This document shows, piece by piece, positions 11,706-22,437 of a stretch of DNA of 64,000 nt. Position 1 is the stretch's first letter; each line of letters starts with the position of its first letter. Location of the stretch: assembly GCA_951406725.2 (NCBI GenBank), contig OX597814.1, positions 103,850,001 through 103,914,000 on the forward strand, given 5' to 3'. The position numbers were made by a program, and so were the translations under genes. Under the pieces are notes generated by a model, which worked only from the letters and a program-made list of their open reading frames with translations, ran no database searches and was not told where the DNA came from. The DNA is from Octopus vulgaris. Lineage: Eukaryota.

Positions 11706-12343
11706 TGGGCATATTTTAAAAATTTACCTGCATAAAGTTGACACACAAAGGTGATTATTAATGTAGAATGTGGAAACAGATTGTTATGGCATTCTGTGTG
11801 AACAAAATGAGACGTCAGCCCCCATTAATATAATGTCAAATAGAAGCTGGACTCATAAAAAATTCTGTTTCTGAACGCTACAAACTGAGGACCCCCTTTT
11901 TTTTTATTTCTTTTCTCTTCCTCTGACTACTGGTTTTCCCCTGTTTTCGTTTGTATACATTTACATTTAGTCCGTACGATGTTAAATGTTCTTCATACGA
12001 CTGATAATTATCGCATTGTCCTACTGCACTCACTCCCAAAATTTCAAAGGCAACGGAGACAGCCATTATTAACTACCATTTCCTCCAGCACATTTACCCC
12101 TATTTCTTCTTCCCTTTCTCCCCCTCTCAATCTCTCCTTCTCTCTCCCTCTTTCTCTCGCTGTTTATTCTTAATGACCACCAGTAGAAATCCCTCGCGCA
12201 CTAATCCAATGGAGACCGCCTCCCCTATGTCGTACAGAAATTTAACGAAAGAAATACTGTTGCCATCGACTTCGGTAAAACTTTGCGTCGTGTCTAGCAT
12301 ACAGATCTGGGATCGAAACTGTCAGGCTATGGAGTCGATCTGC

Positions 12344-12425
<82 letters not shown>

Positions 12426-12426
12426 A

Positions 12427-12457
<31 letters not shown>

Positions 12458-12637
12458 AACAAACAAAAGGACGTTGAGAACGATCAAGTATCCTGAAACC
12501 AACTTTGTTGAGGGAAATCAGTAATAACATTAGGGAACGGTACCAACCACAGCCAAAAGAACAAGACTTTCACCATTTCGGTTAAGAATATTAAAAAAAA
12601 AATGCACGCTGTTATATTTACCAATTTTAACACGTTA

Positions 12638-13028
12638 CTAGCAATATCACCCGGCGTTGCTCGGGTTTGTTTCGACCCTTTAGAATTGGAATTTTTGAAA
12701 AGTAAAAATTTTGCATTGTGTAGCTTGTTATTCTCTTTAAGTGAACATTTTTCTGGCTGAAATACACCGAAAAATGGCGACACAGCAGACAAACAATAGT
12801 AAAAAAATAGGGATTTTCATTAAAAAAAAGTACCTTTTTGATGTAAATAATTTTTGGTCTTAACATGGTCCGATTTGAATTTTATCTTCTACGAAAGGAA
12901 GAGCAAACCTTCTTCTATCATACTCTCAATTTTGGTCATCTTGCGCCGCAGGGTCTCAGAGGAGATAGTGTTAGATGAAGGCTACCAAACCTGCCACACA
13001 CAGACAACTTCAGCTTTATATAGAGAGA
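12638..13028 (-). mobile_element. Non-autonomous Helitron
   Basis: The minus strand starts TCTCTCTATATAAAG and ends with hairpin CCCGAGCAACGCCGGG, then TGATATTG-CTAG|T; no TSD; it interrupts the PLE relic. Confidence 0.8.
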
Positions 13029-13356
13029 AATTATATGAAACACTGGATTTCACTAAAAATTTTAATACCATAAATGATAATGATATTGAAGCGATAATGA
13101 ATACCTGGAAGACTCTGCGTTTCGATAAGAAGTTTGCTTGGGTTCGAAGATTGTTCAGTTTCTTTTGTGGAAACATGAGGTCGTTCGGCGGCCCTGAAAT
13201 ATGTGATCTTACACGACACCTTTTCATATATAAGAACTTCACTTCAACATAGTTTGATCGTTACAGTGCTGACGGGTTACCGATCTCTATTTATGCAAAT
13301 AAGCACGCACCAGACACAAAGCAAAGATATCCAAGCATTCAATTCATTCAGCCATA

Positions 13357-13590
13357 TAAGGCGTTGAGCTGGCAGAAACGTTAGCACGCCGGGCGAAATG
13401 CGTAGCCGTATTTCGTCTGCCGTTACGTTCTGAGTTCAAATTCTGCCGAGGTCGACTTTGCCTTTCATCCTTTCGGGGTTGATAAATTAAGTACCAGTTA
13501 CGCACTAGAGTCGATGTAATCGACTTAATCCCTTTGTCTGTCCTTGTTTGTCCCTTCTATGTTTAACCCCTTGTGGGTAGTAAAGAAATA
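13357..13590 (+). mobile_element. Full-length SINE family A with 16-bp TSD
   Basis: AATTCATTCAGCCATA at 13341-13356 and 13591-13606; pol III B-box-like GAGTTCAAAT. Confidence 0.93.
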
Positions 13591-13892
13591 AATTCATTCA
13601 GCCATAGCCAGAAACGAACTCTTGTTGTTCCTAGATGCCACCCCAGAGTTAAACAATACATATAATACCAACCATTTAGAAAATTTAGTAAAAAACATTT
13701 CACATGAACACAGGATTATACCACCCAGATTTTAAAAAAAAACTTTATCAATAACAGAAGTAGAAGGATTTAAAATCTGTCCTCTTCTGAAATGATTCTT
13801 ATTATAGCATTATCTTTGAAGCGAGTGGATAACAAAGATTAGGTTAGGATCCCAACAAAAATTAAGAAGGAAATAAGAAAAGGCGACTTTGA

Positions 13893-14100
13893 AGGGTGGA
13901 AAGCTGGAAGAAACGTTAGAACGCCCGGGTGAAATGCTTAGCGAAATGCTTTACGTTCTGAGTTCAAATTCCGCCGAGGTCGAGTTTGCCTTTCATCCTT
14001 TCGGAGTCGATAAATTAAGTACCAGTTGCATACTGAGGTCGATCTAATCAATTGGGCCCTCCCCCAAAATGTCAGGCCTTGCGCCTAGAGTAAAAAAGAA
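13893..14100 (+). mobile_element. SINE family A, alternative-tail variant
   Basis: Same head and core; tail CCCTCCCCCAAAATGTCAGGCCTTGCGCCTAGAG. Confidence 0.85.
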
Positions 14101-14427
14101 AAGAATATTATCTGGCTTGCACTGTTCTGTTCACTAACATTTAAATCTAGGAGTTTAATCTAGGAGACCTTATATATGAAACTGTGCAACAAATACCACC
14201 TTCAAGTAAGTGTTATCTGTGCCACTCAGAGAAAGGAACTTATATCTCTTGTCTACCATATGCACTAGGACAGATTTCTCATGTAACAAGACCAGTGCAT
14301 GCCTTCTAAATCCGAACCTCAGCACTGTTCGAACATCACAGTAGTATAACAGAAGAAAATGATTTACATGTCATGTTTCTTCCTTCGGGGACCACATTGA
14401 TAAGCAAAATAGAACACGACTCGCGAG

Positions 14428-14487
<60 letters not shown>

Positions 14488-15419
14488 GAACAAGTTTTTA
14501 ACTATTGGAAAATCAAGGATTTATTGAGATGGCAGTAACAGATGTAACCTATGCATTGCTGAGAGAATACAGATATGACCAAAAATCACTACAATTAGGG
14601 ATACATATTAATGCTAAGTTTGAGACCTTTAGTAAATAATAAATTTATCTTACGTGACGAGGACACAGTCACCCAGGATATAATATTGTATTTATGCAAG
14701 TGTTAGAAAGCAAGAGCCCCAAAGTAGAGGGTCTGGATATGCGGATAACGTCTAGCGCTACATTTCCAACTTTACAAAACTTTACTTTGATTTTAGTGAC
14801 AACACAAAAAAAATTGTAAAATTGGCGAAAAGGAATGCTACAGGATGACCTGACGGATTTAAATTTATATTATAATTGTAATGATAGCATGTTCATCGGT
14901 ATTTTCCTTCTAAACTACTACAGAACATAATTTTGAAAGTGGAAAGATGTGTATACACACCTTTGGATATATGGATGTCAGAATGCATACATACATACAT
15001 ACATACATACATACATACATACATACATACATACATACACATACATACATACACGTATGCCTTGCATACGTTGCTGAGGTCTCCGGCATTCATTCATGGT
15101 CATTGGTGAAGGTCCTAGTTGGTCGCCCCACAGGAACAGAGTCACCTGCGGATGAACTTCCCGAAGCGCGAATGGCAATTGCTAACTGCTGTCCTCCTCC
15201 TGTTGCCGTTTGACTTGTAGCAATGGCTTACGACCGGGAAACGTCGCTCCCTGTGTTGCGTCGACGCAGAAGGCGAGGGCCAGATTGTTCTCTCCGTTTT
15301 GTTGTCCAGTTCTGTCTCTCCAGTCTACAGTGTTCAATAGAGTGCAAACGTGGACCGTATGATATGGAGGACAGGTCGTTGTCCATGCAACAGCAGCATG
15401 CGCGCCGCCCTAGGGTGAA

Positions 15420-15730
15420 GGTGCCTGGCTTAGTGGGTTGAGTATTCAGCTCACAATCGTAAGGTCATGAGTTCGATTTTCAGCAGCGCGTTGTATCCTT
15501 GAGCAAGACACTTTATTTCACTTTATTGCTCCAGTCCCTTCAGCTGGCAAAAACGAGTTGTAATCCAAAGGGACAGCCTCGTCACACTGTGTCACACTGA
15601 ATCTCTCTGAGAATTACGATTAGGGTACGCGTATCTGTGGAGTACTCAGCCACTTGCACGTTAATTTCACGAGTCGGCTGTTCTGTTGATCGGATCAAGT
15701 GGAACCCTCGTCGCCGTAACCGATGAAGAG
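15420..15730 (+). mobile_element. tRNA-derived SINE family C (related partial copy ~35200-35350)
   Basis: TGGCTTAGTGG A-box, GAGTTCGATT B-box, then CCTTGAGCAAGACACTTTATTTCAC. Confidence 0.75.
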
Positions 15731-16229
15731 ACAGGTTTTTTTTCTCTTTTTTTTAAGGTCTCCTCCCCTTTTTTTATGGCTCCAAAAGGACACCAGAAAC
15801 TTATACAATGTGACACCAGTGAGCATCGCAGGAGTTGCCTAAACACGGTTGTAGATGACATTGAACCGTTTCAGCGGCACCGACTCCCGATTTTTCCCAC
15901 AGGGTTTACTTCCGAAGCCTTTGCCATAGTTGGGTATGGCTGCAAGTCAGCGGAGGTTTGGAATCAGAGTTTTCCTTACTCTACACGGGCTACACTGCCC
16001 CCACTCACACGCGCACACATTCACCCCCGGCTAACGGGCTCCATTTTCTCGACTGACTTGATAATTAAGCCATAACAGGGGTCCTGATAAGGGATACGAT
16101 TCTGGATCAGAGAAGACCTGCGAACATTAGCGGTTAAGACGTGGTTTCACACTCCACTTCAAAACCCTGGAACTCCCGAACAAGGGCCTCAGTACCGGAT
16201 ACTATTTAAAGTCATACCCATACCTTGTT

Positions 16230-16640
16230 TCAGCCATTAAGACTGGGGCATCACCTTGAAGGGTTTTAATCGATTAAATCGACAACTAAGATTTGTTTTT
16301 TTTAAAGTCTGATACTTATTCTATCGGCTTTATTTACTGAACCGCTAAGTTACGGGGACGTAAAGAAACCAGCACCGGTCATCAGGTGGTGTAGGAGAAA
16401 CACACACACACACACACGCACGCACGCACACAACACACACACATATACACACACGCGCGCGCCCACGCGCACACACACACATATATATATATTTATTTAT
16501 ATACTATATATGCAACGGGCTTCTTTTAGTTTCCATCTTCCAAATCCACTCACAAGGCTTTGGTCGACCCGAGACTATAGTACAAGACACTTGCCCAAGG
16601 TGAACCCGGGACCATTTGGTTGGGAAGCAAGCTTCTTATA
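16230..16640 (-). mobile_element. SINE family B
   Basis: Reverse complement of the 4388-4808 type. Confidence 0.8.
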
Positions 16641-16699
16641 CACACATACATACATACATACATACATACATACATACACACATACATACATACATACAC

Positions 16700-16736
<37 letters not shown>

Positions 16737-17073
16737 TGTGTGTGTGCACGAATTTCTGTAGGTTTATAGATGAACACTTTATGATTGTTTGAGATGAATA
16801 AACGGAAACAGGAAAAATCAAGCATCCTTGCCCTGTGATCATTGGGAAACTGAGGGTTGTTAGTTTTAATTATACTTGATAAGGATTTTTAAAAATTACA
16901 TTTTGTCGCTGCATGTTTATATATTAATATTTATGTCCCTACAGACATAACACGTCAGGAACTTCTATATAGTCGTTCGACCTGCCAGTAATCACAACCA
17001 AATTCCTTTTAAAATCACACTGTAGTGTCTTGGAAAATGTTGTCCCAACTATACCTTTAATTACAAATCTGCT

Positions 17074-17307
17074 AAAGGCGGCGAGCTGCCAGAAACGTTA
17101 GCACGCTGGGCGAGATGCTTAGCGGTATTTCGTCTGCCGTTACGTTCTGAGTTCAAATTTCGCCAAGGTTGACTTTGCCTTTCATCCTGTCGGAATCGAT
17201 AAATTAAGTACCAGTTGCGTTCTAGGGTCGATGTAATCGGCTTAATCGCTTTGTCTTTCCTTCTTTGTCTTCTCTGTGTGTAGCCCCTTGTGGTTAGTAA
17301 AGATATC
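17074..17307 (+). mobile_element. Full-length SINE family A with 13-bp TSD
   Basis: AATTACAAATCTG at 17059-17071 and 17308-17320. Confidence 0.92.
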
Positions 17308-17390
17308 AATTACAAATCTGTTAAGTGAAGTATGGACTGGCACTAAATACGCGTGTGTTTATGGACACGAAGCTGGTGGGAAGACGATGC

Positions 17391-17467
17391 CAGTTGCCAG
17401 GTCTACCTCCATTCAGTTGCCAGGTCTACCTCCATTCAGTTGCCAGGTCTACGGCCACTCAGTTGCC
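17391..17467. repeat. 23-bp tandem repeat, ~3.3 copies
   Basis: Unit CAGTTGCCAGGTCTACCTCCATT. Confidence 0.9.
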
Positions 17468-17479
17468 TTCGTGCTGTAG

Positions 17480-18345
17480 CACAAAGCTGGGAGTTAAGAA
17501 TCGACCTGGAGAAGAGTTGATGGATGCCTGAAACTGTCGCCTCGACATTGCAACTGCTGGGCATGATGCTTATCTCAGAAGCACTCAAACAGGTGGTTCT
17601 GTTTGAATTTTCCATTTTCTGAGAAGACCTTATTGAAGAGGCAAACGAGAGGAGGAGAATGAAACATGTTGAGCTGGTGGAGTGAAGCTGAAACAATCGA
17701 TGGCAAAGTGAGATGTGACCCCATTGAGTTGCTTTACAGAAGGTTTGCAAACCAGTCCCCATTACAGAACTCACAGCATGCATGACATTACAGATGCCAA
17801 TGTAGTGGTTTCATGCAGGCATGGCGTAGATTCGATCCTCGATCGGCAAATTTCACTTATCAGTTCAGCAGAACTTTTCTCGTGGTAAAACAATAGTTCT
17901 TCTGTGAGTGACAGCAGTTACATTTGCCAGATGCCTTCGCTAAGCAGAATAATGTCTTTGCCACTTGGCCCTTCTAACCTCTTCTAGGTCACCAAAAGTT
18001 AGTGAGAATCGAGTCGGGTGTTACCTGTGTAATGGTCTGTATTATGATATATATTGGAGTCGGCAGATGTGCAAGATGAAAGAACAGTGGCATGGATTCG
18101 ATCATCGATTGCCATGCCTGCATGAAGCCACTACACCAGGAGGTAGAAGGCTATTAAGCTCCAACGGGAGTGTTGAAAGTAGTGCTACTTCGGGGTAGTG
18201 CTAATTAGACACAAATTGGGGCTTGATTATTAACCTTGAATGGGTCGCCTGAGTAAAGGCGCCAGATGTTGAAAGAAGGGAAAAACCGAATGAGCCTAGG
18301 AAACATCACTTATGATGTTTCCAGATGCTTCACAGGCTGACTTGT
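17480..18345 (+). mobile_element. Relic of an RLE-type non-LTR retrotransposon (HERO/NeSL-like) C-terminus (17480-17780) and probable 3' UTR (~18230-18345)
   Basis: WELRIDL..PETVASTL..MMLISEALKQVVLFEF..EDLIEEANERRRMKHVELVE resembles the HERO restriction-like endonuclease region. Confidence 0.6.
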
Positions 18346-18347
18346 GG

Positions 18348-18403
<56 letters not shown>

Positions 18404-18442
18404 AAATACACGCACACATATCAACAAGCACACTTATATACA

Positions 18443-19222
18443 GCTTTTCTGCTCTAGGCACAAGGGGCCCGAAATTTGGGGGGAGGGGGCAGTCGTTCAG
18501 ATCGATCCCAGTGCGTAACTGGTACTTATTTAATCGACCGCAAAAGGACGAAGAGCACAGTCGACCTCGGCGGAATTTGAACTCAGAGCATAAAGACAGA
18601 CGAATTGCCTATTTCTTTACTACCCACAAGGGGCTAAATACAGAGGGGACAAACAAGGACAGACAAACGGATTAAGTCGATTATATCGACCCTAGTGTGT
18701 AGCTGGTACTTATTTAATCAACAAAGTCGACCTCGGCGGAATTTGAACTCAGAACGTAGCGGCAGACGAAATACCTATTTCTTTACTACCCACAAAGGGC
18801 TAAACACAGAGAGAACAAACAAGGACAGACACACAGATTAAGTCGATTATATCGACTTCAGTGCGTAACTGGTACTTATTTAATCGACCCTGAAAGGATG
18901 AAAGGCAAAGTCGACCTCGGCGGAATTTGAACGTAACATCAGACCAGGCGAAATACCGCTAAGCATTTCGCCCGGCGTGGTAACGTTTCTTATTTCTTTA
19001 TTGCCCACAAGGGGCTAAACATATAGGGGACAAACAAGGACAGACAAAGGGATTAAGTCGATTAGATCGACCCCAGTGCGTAACTGGTACTTAATTTATC
19101 GACCCCGAAAGGATGAAAGGCAAAGTCGACCTCAGCGGAATTTGAACGTAATGTCAGACCAGGCGAAATAACCGCTAAGCATTTCGCCCGGCGTGGTAAC
19201 GTTTCTGCCAGCTCGCCATCTT
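18443..19222 (-). mobile_element. Head-to-tail tetramer of SINE family A with a single 11-bp TSD
   Basis: Units ~19222-18991, 18990-18776, 18775-18610 and 18609-18443; ACTTATATACA at 18432-18442 and 19223-19233. Confidence 0.85.
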
Positions 19223-19242
19223 ACTTATATACACTTATATGT

Positions 19243-19244
<2 letters not shown>

Positions 19245-19334
<90 letters not shown>
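19245..19334. repeat. (GT)n microsatellite
   Basis: Seen directly. Confidence 0.97.
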
Positions 19335-19335
<1 letters not shown>

Positions 19336-19854
19336 GATGGATGGATGGATGGAGTCGTCTAAGAATCTATAAGTTAGAAAAAACAGGCATTCGTGCATTT
19401 GTCAATAGAATGAATATATTAATCGTAATAGTATTAAAGATCCATTTCAGCCGAACGCACATAACTTATGTAATTGGGCGATATCTAAGCGCGCGTGTCA
19501 GAGTCGACGGTATGGAAGAAAAACAACGACGGTTCTCTGCTACTGGAGGTCAGCAATTGTCACATTCGGTTTGCGGGTGCTGTGGGAAAAAAAAATTAAG
19601 AAAAAAATTAAAACTGACCGAATCCGTAGGAGAAGATATGAGGCGGATTCTATCGAGAGTTTTGCCCCTTGTTCGGAGGAACTCTGAGTAAGTGATAAAT
19701 GCGAGTAAATAGGGGCTTGAGTATGTGTGTGTGTGTGTGTGTGTGGTGGGGGAGATGGGGAGAAGGAGTAAATGGGCGGGCGCCTAATCTTAAACTAAAG
19801 CGTTGATGCTTATGTGCATATGCATGTGTGTGTGCGTGTATATACATACATACA

Positions 19855-19934
<80 letters not shown>

Positions 19935-19937
<3 letters not shown>

Positions 19938-20122
19938 GATGAGAGATATTAGTGTCAAGAAGCTCCAGGTTCGATAATGATACGAATGAGGAGTCCAACG
20001 TGGGTCGTGTACTAGCAAGCATATATATAAAAATTAACAGAATGAGTTTTAAAAAAATCCAAGGCTGTGAATAGTTTTCAGAACATTTATAAAGATAAGG
20101 TCTTACAGCTGTTTCCGGGATA
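19935..20122 (-). mobile_element. Probable PLE 3'-end fragment between (TA)n tracts, beginning at an HHR 3' half
   Basis: The minus strand begins tatcccg-GAAAC-AGCT-GTA-agacc (palindromic stem III). Confidence 0.5.
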
Positions 20123-20167
20123 AATATATATAAATATAATAAGAATATATATATATATATATATATA

Positions 20168-20345
20168 TGTCGCTAGCCACTACACATTGTTTATTTTCTC
20201 TTCTTGTTTCTTTCTGTGTTCCTTTCTGTGGAGGAGCGTAAGCTCGAAATGTTAAAGACTTTTTCACTTCCCGAGCGTTATACTGATACATCTGTTTGTT
20301 GTCTACACCACCTGTCTTCGCCCTTTTTTTTTGTGAATTCTCCCT
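20168..20345 (+). mobile_element. Second copy of the 1361-1545 repeat, with HHR-like motif at 20222-20257
   Basis: cttt-CTGTGGA-G-gagc-gtaa-gctc-GAAAT-GTT-aaag; the flanks align with the reverse complement of 1361-1545. Confidence 0.75.
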
Positions 20346-20584
20346 ATGGCCCAGTGGTTAGGGCAGCGAACTTGCGGTCGGAGGATCGCGGTTTCGATTC
20401 CCAGACCGGGCGTTGTGTGTGTTTATTGAGCGAAAACACCTAAAAGCTCCACGAGGCTCCGGCAGGGGATGGTGGTGATCCCTGCTGTACTCTTTCACCA
20501 CTCTAAAAGGCGGTGCTCCAGCATGGCCGCAGTCAAATGACTGAAACAAGTACAAAAAAAAAAAAAATATATATATATATACAA

Positions 20585-20615
<31 letters not shown>

Positions 20616-21038
20616 TATATACATATATAACCTTTTACTAGTTTCAGTCATTTGACTATCTTCATACTAGAGCAACGCCTTTTAGTTGAGCAAATCAAAC
20701 CCAGGACTTATTCTTTGTAAGCCTAGTACTTATTCTATCGGATTACTTTTGCCGAACCGCTAAGTTACAAGGACGTAAACGAACGAACATTGGTTATCAA
20801 ATGATGTTGGAGACAAACACACACACACACACAAGCATATACAAACACATACAAACACGCGCGCACACACATATATATATGTATATGACGGGCTTCTTTC
20901 AGTTTCCGTCTTCCAAATTCATTCACAAGGCTTTGGTCGGCCCGAGGTTATAGTGGAAGACACTTATCCCAAGGTGTCACGCAGTGAAACTGCACCCGGA
21001 ACCATGTGGTTGGTAAACAAGCTACATACCACACACCC
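20346..21038. mobile_element. tRNA-headed SINE (20346-~20505) joined to a family B tail (to 20552), then an opposed family B copy (20632-21038, minus)
   Basis: TGGCCCAGTGG A-box and TTCGATTCC B-box; the family B tails face each other across (TA)n. Confidence 0.75.
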
Positions 21039-21105
21039 ACTATATATATATATATATATGTACTAATCGAAGTGTACAGTATTATATAGTCATTACGGCC
21101 AATCT

Positions 21106-21185
21106 TACCAGTTGGTTTCGCACTAGGGTTTCAACGGAGTGTCAAGTAACACTCCGACTTTGTAACCCTGCACTCTTCAGTGGTA
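21106..21185 (-). ncRNA. HHR-like motif with long stem II in a unique insert between microsatellites
   Basis: Minus strand: tacca-CTGAAGA-gtgca-gggtt..cggagtgt/acactccg..aaccc-tagtgc-GAAAC-caac-tggta; the cleavage triplet is degenerate. Confidence 0.45.
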
Positions 21186-21213
21186 TCCGTTATGTAAAAA
21201 AATATGGCGACTG

Positions 21214-21289
<76 letters not shown>

Positions 21290-22321
21290 TCACATACACA
21301 AACATGCATATATATGTGCATATATATATATTTATATATACATAATATATATATGTATATGTGTGTGTGTTATATACGTTCACACACAATCGTCTGTATG
21401 TATGTACGTATGTGTGCATGTATGTGTCTATGTGCCAATGTGTGTGTGTGTGTGTGTGTATTCGTTGCGCTCTCACAAATGGATAGAAGCCATGTGGGTT
21501 GATAGATTATAGTGATTTGGGAGTCGCTTTATTAAATAAGTGGTGTGTTTTACTTGTAGCAAAGGGGGCAGGTTACTAATTAAAGACGAATTTACACACA
21601 GGATATGGGGAGGGGGAATGGGGTGGGAAGAAGAAGGCAATAAATAAATAAATAAATAAGTGAATGAGAGCTAGAGGTAGGAAAGTGGGCTAATCGATGC
21701 TTATGTTGAATGGGAATAACCTGTTAACCCACCCTTATCCTCCCCATCACATAATGACGTATTGTGAATAAACGTTTAGTGGTGGTCGCCACCTCCGGTC
21801 TTTCGCCGCCACCATCTCTGCCGCCGCCACTACTGCCACCGCCGCCATCACTGCCATCTCCACCAACAGTAAGAATCAACGAAAGATCCTCTTCGTGATC
21901 GCTCGAACAGCTAGAAATAGCAGCTAAATTCCATCACGTACACATTGTTTTCTGAAGCACCGGAAGGGCGCTATTGCACACTGTAGCCCTGTACGGTGCA
22001 GAAAGGTGGAATGGTCACTAGTGGAGCGACTTTGATCGACGGCGCAATCGATCAGAGCAAGGCCCAGGATTAAACAACTACACCAAACAGTGGAAGACCC
22101 ACCAGCTATCATCGTAATAATCATCATCATCATCGACATAATCCCATCCACCTCCAGCATTTATACAAACGACGAAATAAAGAGAAAGCAGGTTGGTTAT
22201 TATTGTTATTGTTATTGTAGTTGGAGGAGGAAGAGGAGGAAGAGGAAAAGGTTGGTGGTGGTGGTGGAGGCAGGAACCAGTGGCGGCGGCGGTGGGGGAG
22301 GAATTCAGTCCACACTTAACC

Positions 22322-22437
22322 ATGGCGGCAGCCCTACCACAGAAGACCGTCCGCTTCAAAAACGAAGCCAAATTTACTGACAAAACCAAATCTACCCTGG
22401 CTTCACTCATACAAATGGGATTTTCCAAGCACAGAGC
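22322..22437 (+). CDS. UBASH3: First coding exon of a UBASH3/Sts-1-family protein (UBA-SH3-histidine phosphatase; ecdysteroid phosphate phosphatase-like)
   Basis: aacATGG start; MAAALPQKTVRFKNEAKFTDKTKSTLASLIQMGFSKHRA fits the UBASH3 N-terminal pattern as recalled (LP..., L..LLQMGF.+HRA before EKALA); it ends at consensus donor GC|GTAAGT (phase 2). No downstream exon was recognised in the window. Confidence 0.78.

Larger units (their letters stand above)
12200..14330 (+). mobile_element. Highly decayed second PLE RT (Nematis-like), split by (CA)n, a Helitron and two SINEs
   Basis: Relic peptides INDNDIEAIMNTWKTLRF..FAWV, MRSFGGPEICDL (cf. MGSFDGAEVCEL), RYSADGL (cf. YRDDGL), FLDAT, NLSSSE and NIIW, in the expected order. 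Confidence 0.65.

Noticed and set aside
20346-20420. tRNA-like sequence (also 15420-15490 and 35200-35270)
   Set aside because: A/B boxes run into repeat bodies with no proper acceptor stem, so these are SINE heads.
22193-22321. N-terminal extension of the UBASH3 ORF
   Set aside because: Non-ATG start and low-complexity triplet sequence; the ATG at 22322 has good context.
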